NCBI GenBank assembly: GCA_048013815.1
Contig: CM106585.1
Coordinates: 9,424,001-9,488,000 of the forward strand
Origin: Setoptus koraiensis
Lineage: Eukaryota; Animalia; Arthropoda
DNA: 64,000 nt
Reading direction: 5' to 3'
Part shown: positions 37,259 to 49,103 of the stretch, one piece after another
How the letters are laid out: each line of letters opens with the position of its first letter
How positions within the stretch are numbered: position 1 is the first letter of the stretch
Program-made: the position numbers and the translations under genes
The notes under the pieces: model-generated
Seen by the model: only the letters and a program-made list of their open reading frames with translations
The model's database searches: none
Told to the model about the DNA's origin: nothing

Positions 37259-39016
37259 ATGAATACAGAAACCAACAGCAAACAACAGCTCACATTATAT
37301 TACCACCTAATTTTATTTGTCCTTGTCCTCGTAATAGTTACCAATTGGTTGTTGTTTACACTAGTGTTCGGCATCAACGATACCGACGGAAACTCTCTTG
37401 TCAGCGACCAGCATACAATATTGCATTATCTGAGGGACAATATTCCCTATTCGTTAAATTCAGACGCCGAAATACCACATCAACCGTGCAACAAATTACA
37501 GTCACATGATCTGTTTGAATACTCATCCAAATTCAACTTGTGGACAGTTACAACAATCAAGTTGCCAGTGATAGCTGAAAATGATGGGCATAAATCTAAA
37601 TCTCTGCGCTCAATCGAACAAACACCCAATAGTAACGGTGCGAACCTGCTCGATCATCACCAATGCGACCCTACCATTTGGCCCAGCATAAACAGCTCAG
37701 ATTCTTGTCAACAACAGCCAACTCTTTCTCGTGACAACGATAGAATTGTTGAGCAATTAATATATCAGCCACAGTGCTTAAGCGCAAACAACAACTACCA
37801 TCAAGATACGATACTCAAAATTAGACCTGACAGACTCGACTTGGATTCAAATCAAAACTTTTTCATTCAAGAGGCCTGTACAGTGAACAAATGTGAGATA
37901 ACCTATGATTGGAATGAGGCCGATGCACTAATATTCAAGGTAAGCTTGCTGCATACAAGATGCTCTATCTTCATGCAATATCTTGAGCTAACCAAATCAT
38001 TAAAAACAAATTTTCCTATGCAGAACTTCAGAGTTGATTTCATACCCGAGGAATATGTAAGAACAGAAAAACAAATCTGGATCGCTCACACGTTAGAGAG
38101 TCCATCAAATCTAATCAGAGAAAAACTGCCAGCCGCATTCATATTTAATTGGACGGCTACCTATAGACACGATTCGGATATTGTGACGCCTTATGAAAAG
38201 TTTGTTCCTTACAACGAAACTATTGAACAGTATCAGTTGTTGTCGAATTTAAGTTACATAGATAAAAAAAGATTTTACCTCGGTGCGAGCGCTAACTTAA
38301 AAAAGTCAATCCGAAGCAAGAAAAAAAATGTTGTTTGGTTTGTTTCAAATTGTTTCACTGTCAACTATCGTGAGAAATACGTAGAATTACTTTCGGAATT
38401 CATTGACATCGATGTATATGGACGGTAAGTATGTTCAAGATTATTTCCCTTGTCGATAGATGATGAATCATACTGCTGATCTTGACTAAAGCGAAGTTTA
38501 CCCCCTCTACTTTAATTCAATAGTTGTGGCAACTTAACATGCCTCAAAGCCAATCATACAAAATGCCTACAGATGGCCAATGAAAAATACAGATTCTATA
38601 TAGCTTTCGAGAATTCAAATCACACCGATTATATAACAGAGAAACTTTATAATAATGGCCTGGGTAAAAATGATCTCAATCATATGATGGTACCCATAGT
38701 CATGGGCACTAGCAAGTCAGATTATGTGAAGCATGCGCCAAAGAATTCATTCATTCATATTGAAGACTTCGATAGTCCCAAAGAGCTTGCTAAATTTTTA
38801 CTGAAGGTTGCAAATGATGAAGTATTGTTCCATTCATATTTCGTATGGAAAGCCATGGGGAAGTTTATTGATACCAAGTTCTACTGTCGTGTATGTACAA
38901 TGCTTCATCATAGTAGAAGGAACAATATAAGAAAATATTACACGGATATAAATCGATGGTTCTCAGATGAAATCGATATGAGTAAGAAGGGTGCCAATCT
39001 GTTTTATGATGCATGA
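37259..39016 (+). CDS. Alpha-1,3-fucosyltransferase (GT10), type II membrane protein
   Basis: Exons 37259-37939, 38024-38424 and 38524-39016; the first intron is in-frame and stop-free. N-terminal TM; FNWTATYRHDSDIVTPY, VVWFVSNC, DVYGRCG and the alpha3-FucT motif YRFYIAFENS..DYITEKLY. Confidence 0.92.
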
Positions 39017-39079
39017 AAAATCAACATGGGGCACTCAACCATCTCCACTAAATATGATGTGATACAGTATAGTAAATAA

Positions 39080-40075
39080 TTAAACTCCATGTGCGGAGTC
39101 AAACTTTTCTTGTAAATCAATCATTGATTGCCTATGTTCACTTCGGGCCACTTTTTCTATCCAATGATTGAAATCATCCTGGATCTTTTCGTCCTGAAAC
39201 TTTTTTATGTCCTTAAACCACTTGCTACCAGGAGGTGCTATTCTATAGTGGGCCTCTATCAGATGACCGCCGGAATATTCCAGTTGTTGGTCTTTGTCGA
39301 TTCTATAATCCAACAGCTCTTTGATTGATCCACAATATACCAAATCTCTAAATTCTTTAGGTAACCAAGAAATTATCATGTTGACGACCGGCTTAAGAAG
39401 AAAAGGTATCCCAGTAATCAGAATACAATCCAAACGACTTGGCAGAATATTTCTGATACTTACCTGGAGATTTTCAGAAACGGTAGTAATTCGATATCAA
39501 TGTTTGCAAGCAATTTTGTAACTTATGTATATGAAATAATATCAGATACTCACGGACCATCTGGCAAGATTCAAATCAACATTAGCCAATGCTGCATTTG
39601 TTTCATCGAAAACGAGCACCATCTTCTTTGTTATGCACAACTGCCTATCCAAGGAATCGAACACATAAAAAAGAAACTGATGATAATGTTCTTCAATACT
39701 AGCAGGAGGTCTGTAAGTCAAGCAACCTCTAAAATGAATCACAAGATTGCCTTTCTTATCTTCTCCGGCACATACTAGCGGTGAGAATAGCCATTGCTCT
39801 TTAGCAAAATCACAAATCTGTGCTTCATCGGTATTGAATTCATGGCGCCACTTCAAGTTGCTCTTCATATTTTCAAAACTTTTGTTTAGGTCGTATTGAA
39901 AGTGATTAAGGTATCGCCAGCAATGCCAGTCCTCGTTTGAATCCATGATTCTTATGAAATCGTCTTCATTGTAACTGTCGGCATTTTTTTCATATTCCTT
40001 TGCGAACAATTCACGAAGCTCCAACACCAAATCATTATCTTCTTTCATTCTCTCGACAAATGCCTCTCGATTCAT
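39080..40075 (-). CDS. CRAL-TRIO (Sec14-like) lipid-binding protein, resembling the N-terminal part of MOSPD2, without an MSP domain
   Basis: Exons 40075-39554 and 39463-39080, phase 0. CWRYL..SFENMKSNLKWRHEF, GEDKKGNLVIH, VLVFDETNAALANVD, IPFLLKPV..MIISWLP, EYSGG. Confidence 0.85.
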
Positions 40076-41020
40076 GATTGTATAATGCAGAAATTTGATC
40101 TAAAATGTTAGTGCTACTTATCACTTCTAGGATGAATTGATTGGTTTGGTTGGCCACTATCTTTTAGAAAGCGCAAAATTTTCAAGAAATAGAACAGTAC
40201 TTGAAGTTTTGTGGTGGACTTGTTTATTGCGTGTCTAGAATTTTCAACTCGCTAATTGTTCAAGTAGCTGAAAAGTAAGAAACACAAGTTACAGACACTT
40301 ATGTATGGAACTCCAAACAACATTTCATCGTTTTCACATTTTGTGAACAGACAAGACATTTGGAAGCATCTATTATGTAGCTACCATTTAGAACTAACTT
40401 TATCGTTTAGAACTAACTTTATCGTCTTCCCATAATTAATGTTTATCTTATTTATTGATTGTCGTCGCAAACCTGTTTGTGCTTTAATATTGATGATGCC
40501 TTATGGTGAATAACGCATCTTTTCTAAACCGAGTAATCTCGTATGAACTACCAGAGGCAGATGAATGGCTCTAAGACACGTGAGTATCTTTCATGTAGTT
40601 GTTTCTTCATAACAATAATAAAATGTGCCACAGGAGCAAAAGTGATTTGATATGTTTGTAAGTTAACGATGTGTGTACAGATACAATCAAATAGAAAATT
40701 ACAACAAAGCTTTGTGACGCTCATACACCGAGATCTCCCCTCTGATTATCTGCTCTATGTAGACATGCTTTCAATTATTTCTGATTATTTTTTCATTTAA
40801 TATAATACGACATCATACCCACGTTGCCTATCCACATTTAGTCTCGTTTATTTAACCTCGACACATTTCACCCACAAACAACATACCCTCAAAGTAGCTA
40901 GTGACAACAATCAACTTTCGTGTCGTTCATCATCTCTTTCGTATCTCGAATGCTATCAACACGAAATGTGCAAATCTATTGCAAAATCGATTCTAGCATT
41001 ATTACGTTGCTATAGAAATT

Positions 41021-41566
41021 GCCGTAGCGATAGGTAGCTTGTCGATGAGGCAACAGAAAAGCACCTTCCGTAAAGGGGCTCGGTATCCAACGGAAGCTTG
41101 AAGCCATGCGTCAGTATGCGTTGTAGCTTCGAATCTGTCAGGTTGAATTGAAAATTCTCTCTGATTGCAATCAAGAGTATTTGTGTTTGAATTAGCAGGA
41201 TGGTCTTGACAGAGATCACAAGCAGGTCTGAGGACACCCGACGGATTCAAATTAGTGTGGGAACCAGCCCGGAACCTCCGTATGTAAGCTCGAGGTATTG
41301 TGCCATTGAGTGAAAAATAAACAGCCAGAAACAGACCACTTAGCGGATTTCTTTGAGACCCGCGAGGGCGGCGTTCTAAGCTTTCTGGATGCAAGTTCCA
41401 GTGAAGGCGATTCACACGGGTGACTAGGAAATAGTCAGGTGCGAAACAGCGTGGATTCTAGCGCGTGGCGAGTGAATTGATTGGATACAAAACGAAAAAT
41501 TTATCGCAGTTTCTTGTGCTTAAACTGTGCATTCTAACGCATCGCCAGCTCCCCTAGCGGGTTTTT
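41021..41566 (+). ncRNA. Candidate structured non-coding RNA of unknown family
   Basis: GC-rich island in AT-rich intergenic DNA; the two ends are complementary; several GNRA-type hairpins; T5 run at 41562-41566. Based on manual folding only. Confidence 0.35.
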
Positions 41567-41806
41567 CTCGCATCTGTATTTTAGACATTAGAGAGCGAAC
41601 GCTTGAAAAGGACGGACCGTAGTCAAGAATATTTATTCACGGCTTACTTTCCATTATTATCATTACGAATTACGATTATCACGATATCAACGATATAATC
41701 GATCCCATTATCAGTCACATTAATATTATCATTGTATATTTTCACAGTTGCCATCGGGATTATCCACTGAAAACATCATAGTCATTATAAAACAAGGCTA
41801 CAAATT

Positions 41807-42706
41807 ATGGAGAAGGCCAATCAAAATAATCAGCCAACGACCATCAAGCTAATAGATGAAAAAGATTGGAACATAATCACTTCGGTCCCCAACGAATTTG
41901 CTTATTTTTACCAAGGCCATCCTGCCTTGAACATTATATCTGTGATTGGAGGTCATGGATCTGGTAAATCCAGTCTACTAAATAAGATAGCCAACAAACC
42001 TGTGTTCAATACATTTAATGACTTGATTTCATCATTAGGATCTCATTCGTCCAGAGGTACCGGTAGGGATTTTCATTTACAAAACCGACATCAACCAAAC
42101 ATAACCAAGCATACCACTCGTGGAATTGATCTTTATCCGGCACATGAGAGAATTCTTTTGGATTGTCAGCCTTTATTGAGCTCCTCCGTACTAGAGGAGC
42201 ACTTATCAACCAAATATCCGAGCCCATTGAGTCCAACAAGTCTAGTCAAAGATCCCATCACTCTTTCTTATATATCATCATTGCAATTGACAACTTTCTT
42301 ATTTGCCATTAGTGATTACGTAATTCTAGTAAACAAATGGCTGATAGATGTGAATATCTTGAAGCTCATATCAACCTCGTTAATGATCATTGGCGAAGGC
42401 AATCTTAGAAGCAAACTCATCATTTATGCAGAAGATGAAAGGCTACAAACGAAATTGAAGCCAACTTTGGATCTTGTACTCGGTCGTAATGTTATAGATA
42501 ATATTTTTTGTGACCATGAAGATCTTATCGATTACGTCAAAAAATATTCAGAAGAAAAGTGTAAAAAGTTTAGATCGGATCCGAGACCTTTCACAGGAAA
42601 GAATTGGTTAGAATCTTGCCAAAGGGTATGGGTATCTTCTATAAAGAACTCATCCATGTTCGCGGACTACGCGCATTTAATGGATCCAGCATCATCGATC
42701 GCCTGA
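41807..42706 (+). CDS. SMG9: SMG9 nonsense-mediated decay factor (G-fold domain only), single coding exon
   Basis: P-loop ISVIGGHGSGKSSLL, HTTRGID, ILLDCQPLLSSSVL, SLQLTTFLFAISDYVIL and W....RVW...K.SSMF.DY. Confidence 0.88.
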   Translation: MEKANQNNQPTTIKLIDEKDWNIITSVPNEFAYFYQGHPALNIISVIGGHGSGKSSLLNKIANKPVFNTFNDLISSLGSHSSRGTGRDFHLQNRHQPNITKHTTRGIDLYPAHERILLDCQPLLSSSVLEEHLSTKYPSPLSPTSLVKDPITLSYISSLQLTTFLFAISDYVILVNKWLIDVNILKLISTSLMIIGEGNLRSKLIIYAEDERLQTKLKPTLDLVLGRNVIDNIFCDHEDLIDYVKKYSEEKCKKFRSDPRPFTGKNWLESCQRVWVSSIKNSSMFADYAHLMDPASSIA

Positions 42707-42796
42707 TTGAAGTACAAATCTATAGCCTCAACAATCTTGCGTATTAGTTTCAATCTTTTACCCGATGCTCGTGCTTTAAACAAAATAATACAGTTT

Positions 42797-43208
42797 ATTT
42801 CTTTGAGTAAGTTTGCCATCAGAGAAAATTGTAGTAAATGAAAATTGTAGCGCTAAATAAATGACAACTTTCTGTTGTTCTTACCCCTTGAGTCTGCGTT
42901 TCTCCTAGTCAAACACAGTAAAATGAGTTAATATTGACCCCTGTTACGGCTAGTTCAGTTGTGTATCAACAAATTGAATATCTTGAAAAATTTTATTCAT
43001 TCATTCATAAATCTGGTGTATTCAAGAAAACAGACAATAACAGTTCTGTCTTCCCGTACAACTACATTTCTAAATATATCAAAGTAAATAAAGAAAATTA
43101 TGTTTATGTTAACCAGTTAAGTTTACCAGTTTCAGAGATGACAATCTTCGCATCATGCAAATTAAAATGTATTCAATCCATCAAAACTGAGATCAATAAG
43201 AGAATCAC
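42797..43208 (+). repeat. Dispersed direct repeat, copy 1
   Basis: Matches 45859-46008 plus 46395-46633 (e.g. ctagtcaaacacagtaaaatgagtta; taaatctggtgtattcaagaaa; cagacaataacagttctgtcttccc). Confidence 0.9.
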
Positions 43209-45858
43209 GACAGAACACTTGACGCAGTTACATTGATTGACCTTTGTGAACCGACCACCAGAAGAAAAGATTTAACATTAGGTGCTCTGATCGGTGCTAG
43301 CCTACTTTATGTCCGAGCGATATCATATGATTAATGTATCTTTCAAGTGTGAATAACTAAAAGACTTAATTAAGCTGGCCAATCGCAAGCAATCCCACAG
43401 CAGGACATTTTGTGAACTTATTCGACTGACAGAGAATCTCATTAAGATATGCGAGACTCAGACAGTTTACTTTCACTTTTTTTTTCTAGTAGACTTGCTA
43501 TACCTTAGTATAAGCTGATATATGTTACCAGCTATCCTATTTCTTCTACTATCATCAATCTAGTGGGCACACACAAAGGCGTAAGAATAACACTAGCTCT
43601 CAAATTATCAACGAGTGACAGTTTCACAGGCGAGTGACTTAGAATGCCTATGTAGCTAAAATGTGGGAAGTTTTGGGAGTCATTTAGACTGCAATAACCG
43701 TTGCTACCCTCTCAACAACAAAAGAAGATAATTTACTAACGCACTACAATGTGAGACTGCAATGACGAGGATGATTCGTTGTGATGAGCAATGGTTGGCC
43801 GGCTACTACTACTAGACTAAATATTCGATGGTATAACAGGTTTATTGTTGACGGCGGAATAATGTTGAGAATATTTCTTACATTGTAGCCGAAATCTCTG
43901 GCCCAAATCGAGTAACACAATATTCAGAGTAAAAAACAAAAAAAAAACGAGAGCCATACCATATTTCGAGCCTCAAAACATTATCACAAATTGTCCCTTC
44001 AATTGTAAATTGCTTAGATTGTTGATTCTCTCGTGATTATGGAGCCCCCTGTCTCGGGCCTGTATATATTCTATAAGAAAGCGGTCTGACAGTATAGTAA
44101 ACTTTTCATTCATGAACTATTCAAGCATAATTGGATCTGGACATGATGAATTATTGTGGCAATAGTTGTCTCATCCTAGATCTTGATTGTCACTCATATG
44201 CTGTTGACTAATGGCTAGCGCAACTTGATTTGATATATAGACTAATTACTGTAAATCTTTGTTTGTATCAAATAGTAGCATTGAAAAAATTTCAAGGAGA
44301 CATTTGTTTGTTTTAGATAAAACTGGCGGATAAAAGCACATTGTATAATGGTCGTTATGATAATTATGAGTATACTAATTAGATAGAATATGTTTAATTT
44401 CTAGGAATTAGTGGCGCGCGAAAATACAATGGCTGAAAACGCTTGATGGCGTTGAAAGATTGTCTGGATTTAGTCTATTAAAGACCCAATTCTAATACAC
44501 GGAATTTATTCATATTCCATGATGAATTGTCTTTTATTCTTGTGGTTGAGATCATTTTAACGTGTCCGACATATTCTACCCACGATAAAAGCTATTAATC
44601 AATCAAATAAAAAAGCATTATCTTGCGGCTGATGTCATTGTCTTAAAAGAAGCTAACCAATGACAAGTGAGTTTACCCGAGTGAATAGTGCAGGTTTTTT
44701 TTAGCAATTCGATTACATCAGTCTATACCCCTACCTATACCACCAACTATCTCTAGTTGACATAGTAAAATTAGCGTTTGCACACTATTCTATTCTTGTT
44801 CTTAATGCATCCATAATTCTATTGCATAATATAGTAATATGTATATTATGATTTTCCACATGATTTCACAGCATGACGTAAGTATGTACCTTCATGGTAA
44901 GATTAGAATTTCTTGCTCTATTGCCAGATCTCCATCATTCAAACATGTTCTGGATTAGATAATTGCATCATTATCATAGATGACTTGTTTTGGCATTGAA
45001 ATCCTTTATTCTCTCACTTGTTGCCATAGAACTACATATATTTCTTTTCTCCTTTTTATTGATGTTTAAATCAAGATGGTCGGTAACATAAGTAAGTTTT
45101 GATTCACCCTTGTCTAGATGAGAAAGTAAGTAGAAGTCCAAGATATTTGGCTCATATACAAGCACTCTGAGAATCTGCGATCTTGTAACATGTATCTCAA
45201 CAAGCTGGATGTCTGCAGTTGTACTCATATAATAGTAATAATCACTAGTATTCTAGTTTCGGCTAGTATGTAACTCAAGGTGGCCATATATATACATATA
45301 TATATATCTATTGTTTTTAGCTGCTGTTGCCATAGCGCAGGCAACAAGTTATCCGCCATACAGTTATATGGATTGTTATCTTAATTAAGTGAAACCAGCT
45401 AAAATAACGATAATAATAACAACAATGGGTTTGTTGTTACTTTTAAATTTGATAAAAATAATAACACAATCATATCAGATTGCCTCTATCATCTAGATTA
45501 CCCAGCAAAAAATTGAGATTCATTCTTTCCAAAATCTTTTCATTGTCTTGAGTAGGAAATAAGTTAGATGGCTGAGCTAATTCATGCAACTTTATTCTAC
45601 TGATTGTTTTTCTTAGTTAGTTTGTTGCACGGGTTCCTCGCGTTTGCCAGCCCCTTTCTCGGTCTCTCTGTTTTTTCTCTCTGTCTCTATTACTTCTTTC
45701 TATGTATACGTTTCAAGCTGTATGTCCTACCTGAACCCATCGTGAAAATTTTTAACTATGAGTCTTTTGCCTAAAAGTAGTTGTCATGAGTCGTAACTAC
45801 TACCACTACTACAACTACCACTTCTACTACTACGACCACTTCTGCCAAGACCTTGTCC

Positions 45859-46633
45859 ATTTCTTTGAGCGTGCATGCCATTAGAGAAAATTGTAGTGCT
45901 AAATAAATGACAACTTTCTGTTTTTCTTGCCCCTTAAGCCTGCCTTTCTCTCCTAGTCAAACACAGTAAAATGAGTTAACATTGACCCCTATTACGGCTA
46001 GTTTAGTTTCTGCAGTTACCTAGCTGTTGTATGAATGTTATAATGCATTAATTCATTCGCAAAACACATCATTCATAAGCATAACCATTATTCTTAACAC
46101 CAACGGTAACCTCATAATCTTAAGCCTGTCCAAACAGTTCACATTGTGATAGTTAATGTCTAAACATCATCAAACTCACCTTGATATTTATAATTTCCAT
46201 GTCATTAATTGATTTAAATTTCTTCTGCTACACACACATAGATCAAAGCAACCATAGTAATAGAGTAAATCTGTCTGGCTAGTATTTCACTACGTGACAT
46301 TATTAAGTAACCAAACTGCCGAGACGCCTCCTACCTATCTGCTGTAAACTGGAGATTTTGGCTAGAGGGAGAACTTCTACGATTGTTCATGATTGTGTAT
46401 CAACAAATTAAAGATCTTGAAAAATTTATTCATTCATTTATAAATCTGGTGTATTCAAGAAACCAGACAATAACAGTTCTGTCTTCCCATACAACTACAT
46501 TTCTAAATATATCGAAATAAATAAAGAAAATTATGTTTATATATAGTTAAACAGTTTCAGAGGTGACACTTCTCGCATCATGCAAGCTAGAATACATTCA
46601 ATCCAACAAAACTAAGATCAACAAGAGAATCAC
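45859..46633 (+). repeat. Dispersed direct repeat, copy 2, interrupted by ~386 bp at 46009-46394
   Basis: Colinear match to 42797-43208 on both sides of the extra segment. Confidence 0.9.
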
Positions 46634-46971
46634 TATAGGTCAATCAGCAATCTGGACAGCAAGCAAATAGAATAAAGCCTCTCACCTGAGCGTATTATTT
46701 TTTTTTTCAAGCCATCACCAGAGTCATAATGATGAAACAAAGCAAGCACAATCAGGTAAGATGCTGAAAGTTGAGATTGATATTAAGGTGTCAATGCTAC
46801 CCCTGGTTTGATTGTTGTTCAACTATTTATATTCGATCAGTATATAGATCAGATCAATTGAACAAATAAGAAGATAAATAATTAATCGAAAAAACTTATT
46901 ATTGCTCATTTCAAACGTCTACATTTCTATGATGATGACAGTTTGTTATAATTTCAGCTGCAATAGTTCTC

Positions 46972-48626
46972 ATGTTTTTGTTGAGTATGACTCAAACAGC
47001 AACTTGTGCTCCGACTCCAGCGCAAATCAAGAGAGATTCCAAAGCAAAAATCACAGAATATGAGCTAGATTCTCAAGAAACTGGTTATTTACCATCAGTG
47101 CACACTGTAGATTCTGGATATGGTCATGACTCTGGCAAGAACGCCTATGGAAAACATGCCTCCGATTGGAGTGTCTATGATCAAGGTAAGGGCCTATAAA
47201 CGATGTTTATAAACATTTGTAACCATGAGTCGCATACAATGACAATGTCCGGCAAGTCTTACGACCATTGTTTAGGTCAGGGGATGATTATGATAGATTA
47301 AGATGAATTTCTATACAATCACTTGTTGTTCAGCAATTTGTTTTGAGAGCGCCATCTATGCGGCCTTCCATTGGCACCACATCGAAAGAGCTTTTTTGAC
47401 TTTATCTGTTATTTGAACATGTGTTCCTAATAAGTACACATGGAATAGTTGTTCATCCGATTCATAGAAAGAAAAAAAATAAAGCATGGAGCCAACATTT
47501 GATATCAAAATTTTTAACAGACATCAACATGACAACTATTTGCGACCAATGAGTGAATGAGTGTTATTGTGGTCATGGTTGAGGTGATTTCCTATTATTT
47601 TGTTTCAACGAGATGCATGAATACCACTCACAGATACACCCAACCCCAACCATGTAACATTGTTGATTTTTCGCGACATTTTATCTTGATCATTTGTTAA
47701 TAGGAAATCATGGTCTACATGACAAATATGGGGACAAAGGTTGGACCGATCGCGGATATAACGCACAGGCAAGCCATGGTAAACATGATTCTTACGGTAA
47801 TAATTACAATAATCATGGATCTGGACATGGTTCAGGTAAGACAATAGGCTCACATACCAAATACTAATGAAAGTCACATACGGCAAATTCATCGACTAAT
47901 TATGATTCAAATTAAATGCCTCTAATTTTTGTAACTAGGATATTACTCTCGAGACCGTGGTTATGGATATGAAAAACACTACGCCTATGACAAAGAGATA
48001 GCGAGTAAGCATCATGCCGACAATCATGGCAGTTATGGAAGCGCCCATGGACTTCACGACAATTATGGTCACAATGGTTTGTAGCTTTTTTTCTGCCGAA
48101 CTACCTCTTTTGTTTTGTAATAGCAAGAAAATGATAGAAATCCTATAATATTACTCATATCGCCGAATAGGATCAAACTCGCACACAAACAGTGGACACG
48201 ACAAATATGGTCAATTGAGCAGATATGGTAAGAATCCAATTATGATCACTTCTTGTCTTATTTCTGACTTATTGATACTATTAGAAATTTTCATTAAAAA
48301 TATGAACTTATGATTTTCGTATCCCATTAGGAAATCACGGATATGGTAAGAATACTTTGCAAGTTACCGACTGAGATAAGACTCTTTGATGTTTTTATCA
48401 GGACTAATGATCACCGGCTTCCAAATATTTCTTAGGTAAACGTGGAAGTAACTTGGCTGCCCATCACGATTATGGCCACAATCAAAACAAAGGACACCAC
48501 TACTCTCATCAGACGCAACCAACTTACTCCAGCTACTCAAACCCGTCTCCGCCAGTCTATAGGTCAACATATTCAGATTGGGTCCCTCAGTTAGGATACC
48601 CGAGCAGTTATCCGAGCTACTATTGA
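46972..48626 (+). CDS. His/Gly/Tyr-rich, probably secreted (cuticle/structural-type) protein, ~250 aa; exact start uncertain
   Basis: Exons 46972(or acceptor 46958)-47185, 47704-47835, 47939-48076, 48171-48227, 48331-48345 and 48436-48626. All junctions are phase 1 with AG/GT ends; the joined frame is open to TGA at 48624 and rich in GHG/GYG/DKYG motifs. Confidence 0.75.
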
Positions 48627-49103
48627 GAGGCATTAATAATTCTTTGATAATTCTTTTTGTCAAGACAATGATGTCTTGTTGGTTTGTTGAATTATTCATT
48701 CATTGTGCACGCTTCGAGAATAACTCTCATCATTACAGATATATCAGCACTGCCAAAAATCAGATAAGTAAGAGATTGCTATTTAATGTCAATTCAATAT
48801 TAACCGAGAAACGAATAAACACCAGGTAAGTTATAAGAAATAATGGAAGATCTGATTGATCATCGGGATATGTGAGAGACTAGAATTGTTCAAGTTTTCA
48901 TGCAAATTCTAGGATACTGTATCCCTAAATTATTTGTGCAAACTATAGCCTCGTGAACAAGTGATCCATTTTAGAGTTTTAAAGATTGGTCATCTACACC
49001 AAGGCTAACAAATCAAAATAATAGGTCAAATACACTTAAAGTAATCGACTTCATCTTGAAGAAACAGCACCTAACTATTTTTATTTTTATTTTCTTGTGA
49101 TGT

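Noticed and set aside
39456-39467. ATACTTACCTGG resembling the U1 snRNA 5' end
   Set aside because: No downstream U1 stems or Sm site; it is the reverse complement of the CAG|GTAAGT junction in the CRAL-TRIO gene.
40387-40425. 19-bp unit duplicated in tandem (TTTAGAACTAACTTTATCG x2)
   Set aside because: Simple slippage duplication; two copies without spacers, so not CRISPR-like and not informative.
41002-41415. 137-aa minus-strand ORF in the GC-rich island
   Set aside because: GTG start, no recognisable domain; the + strand structure signals are more persuasive.
41150-41571. Firm identification of the structured region as RNase P, SRP or telomerase RNA
   Set aside because: The P4-like pairing leaves too little room for an RNase P S-domain and CR-II/CR-IV are not evident. 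The AGCAGGTC SRP-like motif lacks a paired proximal stem. GTTTTTCTCGC resembles human TR, but no telomeric template or P3 partner was found.
44547-44558. TGAGATCATTTT matching the bantam miRNA 5' end
   Set aside because: Only 12 nt match and no complementary 5' arm forms a precursor hairpin.
42934-45228. Short ORFs 42934-43236 (+) and 44974-45228 (-)
   Set aside because: The first lies in the non-coding duplicated segment and is not preserved in copy 2; the second has no recognisable features or support.
48364-48699. Minus-strand 111-aa ORF as the last exon of the BTB gene
   Set aside because: The radish-like gene already stops at 49104; this ORF is the antisense shadow of the His/Gly-rich gene's last exon.
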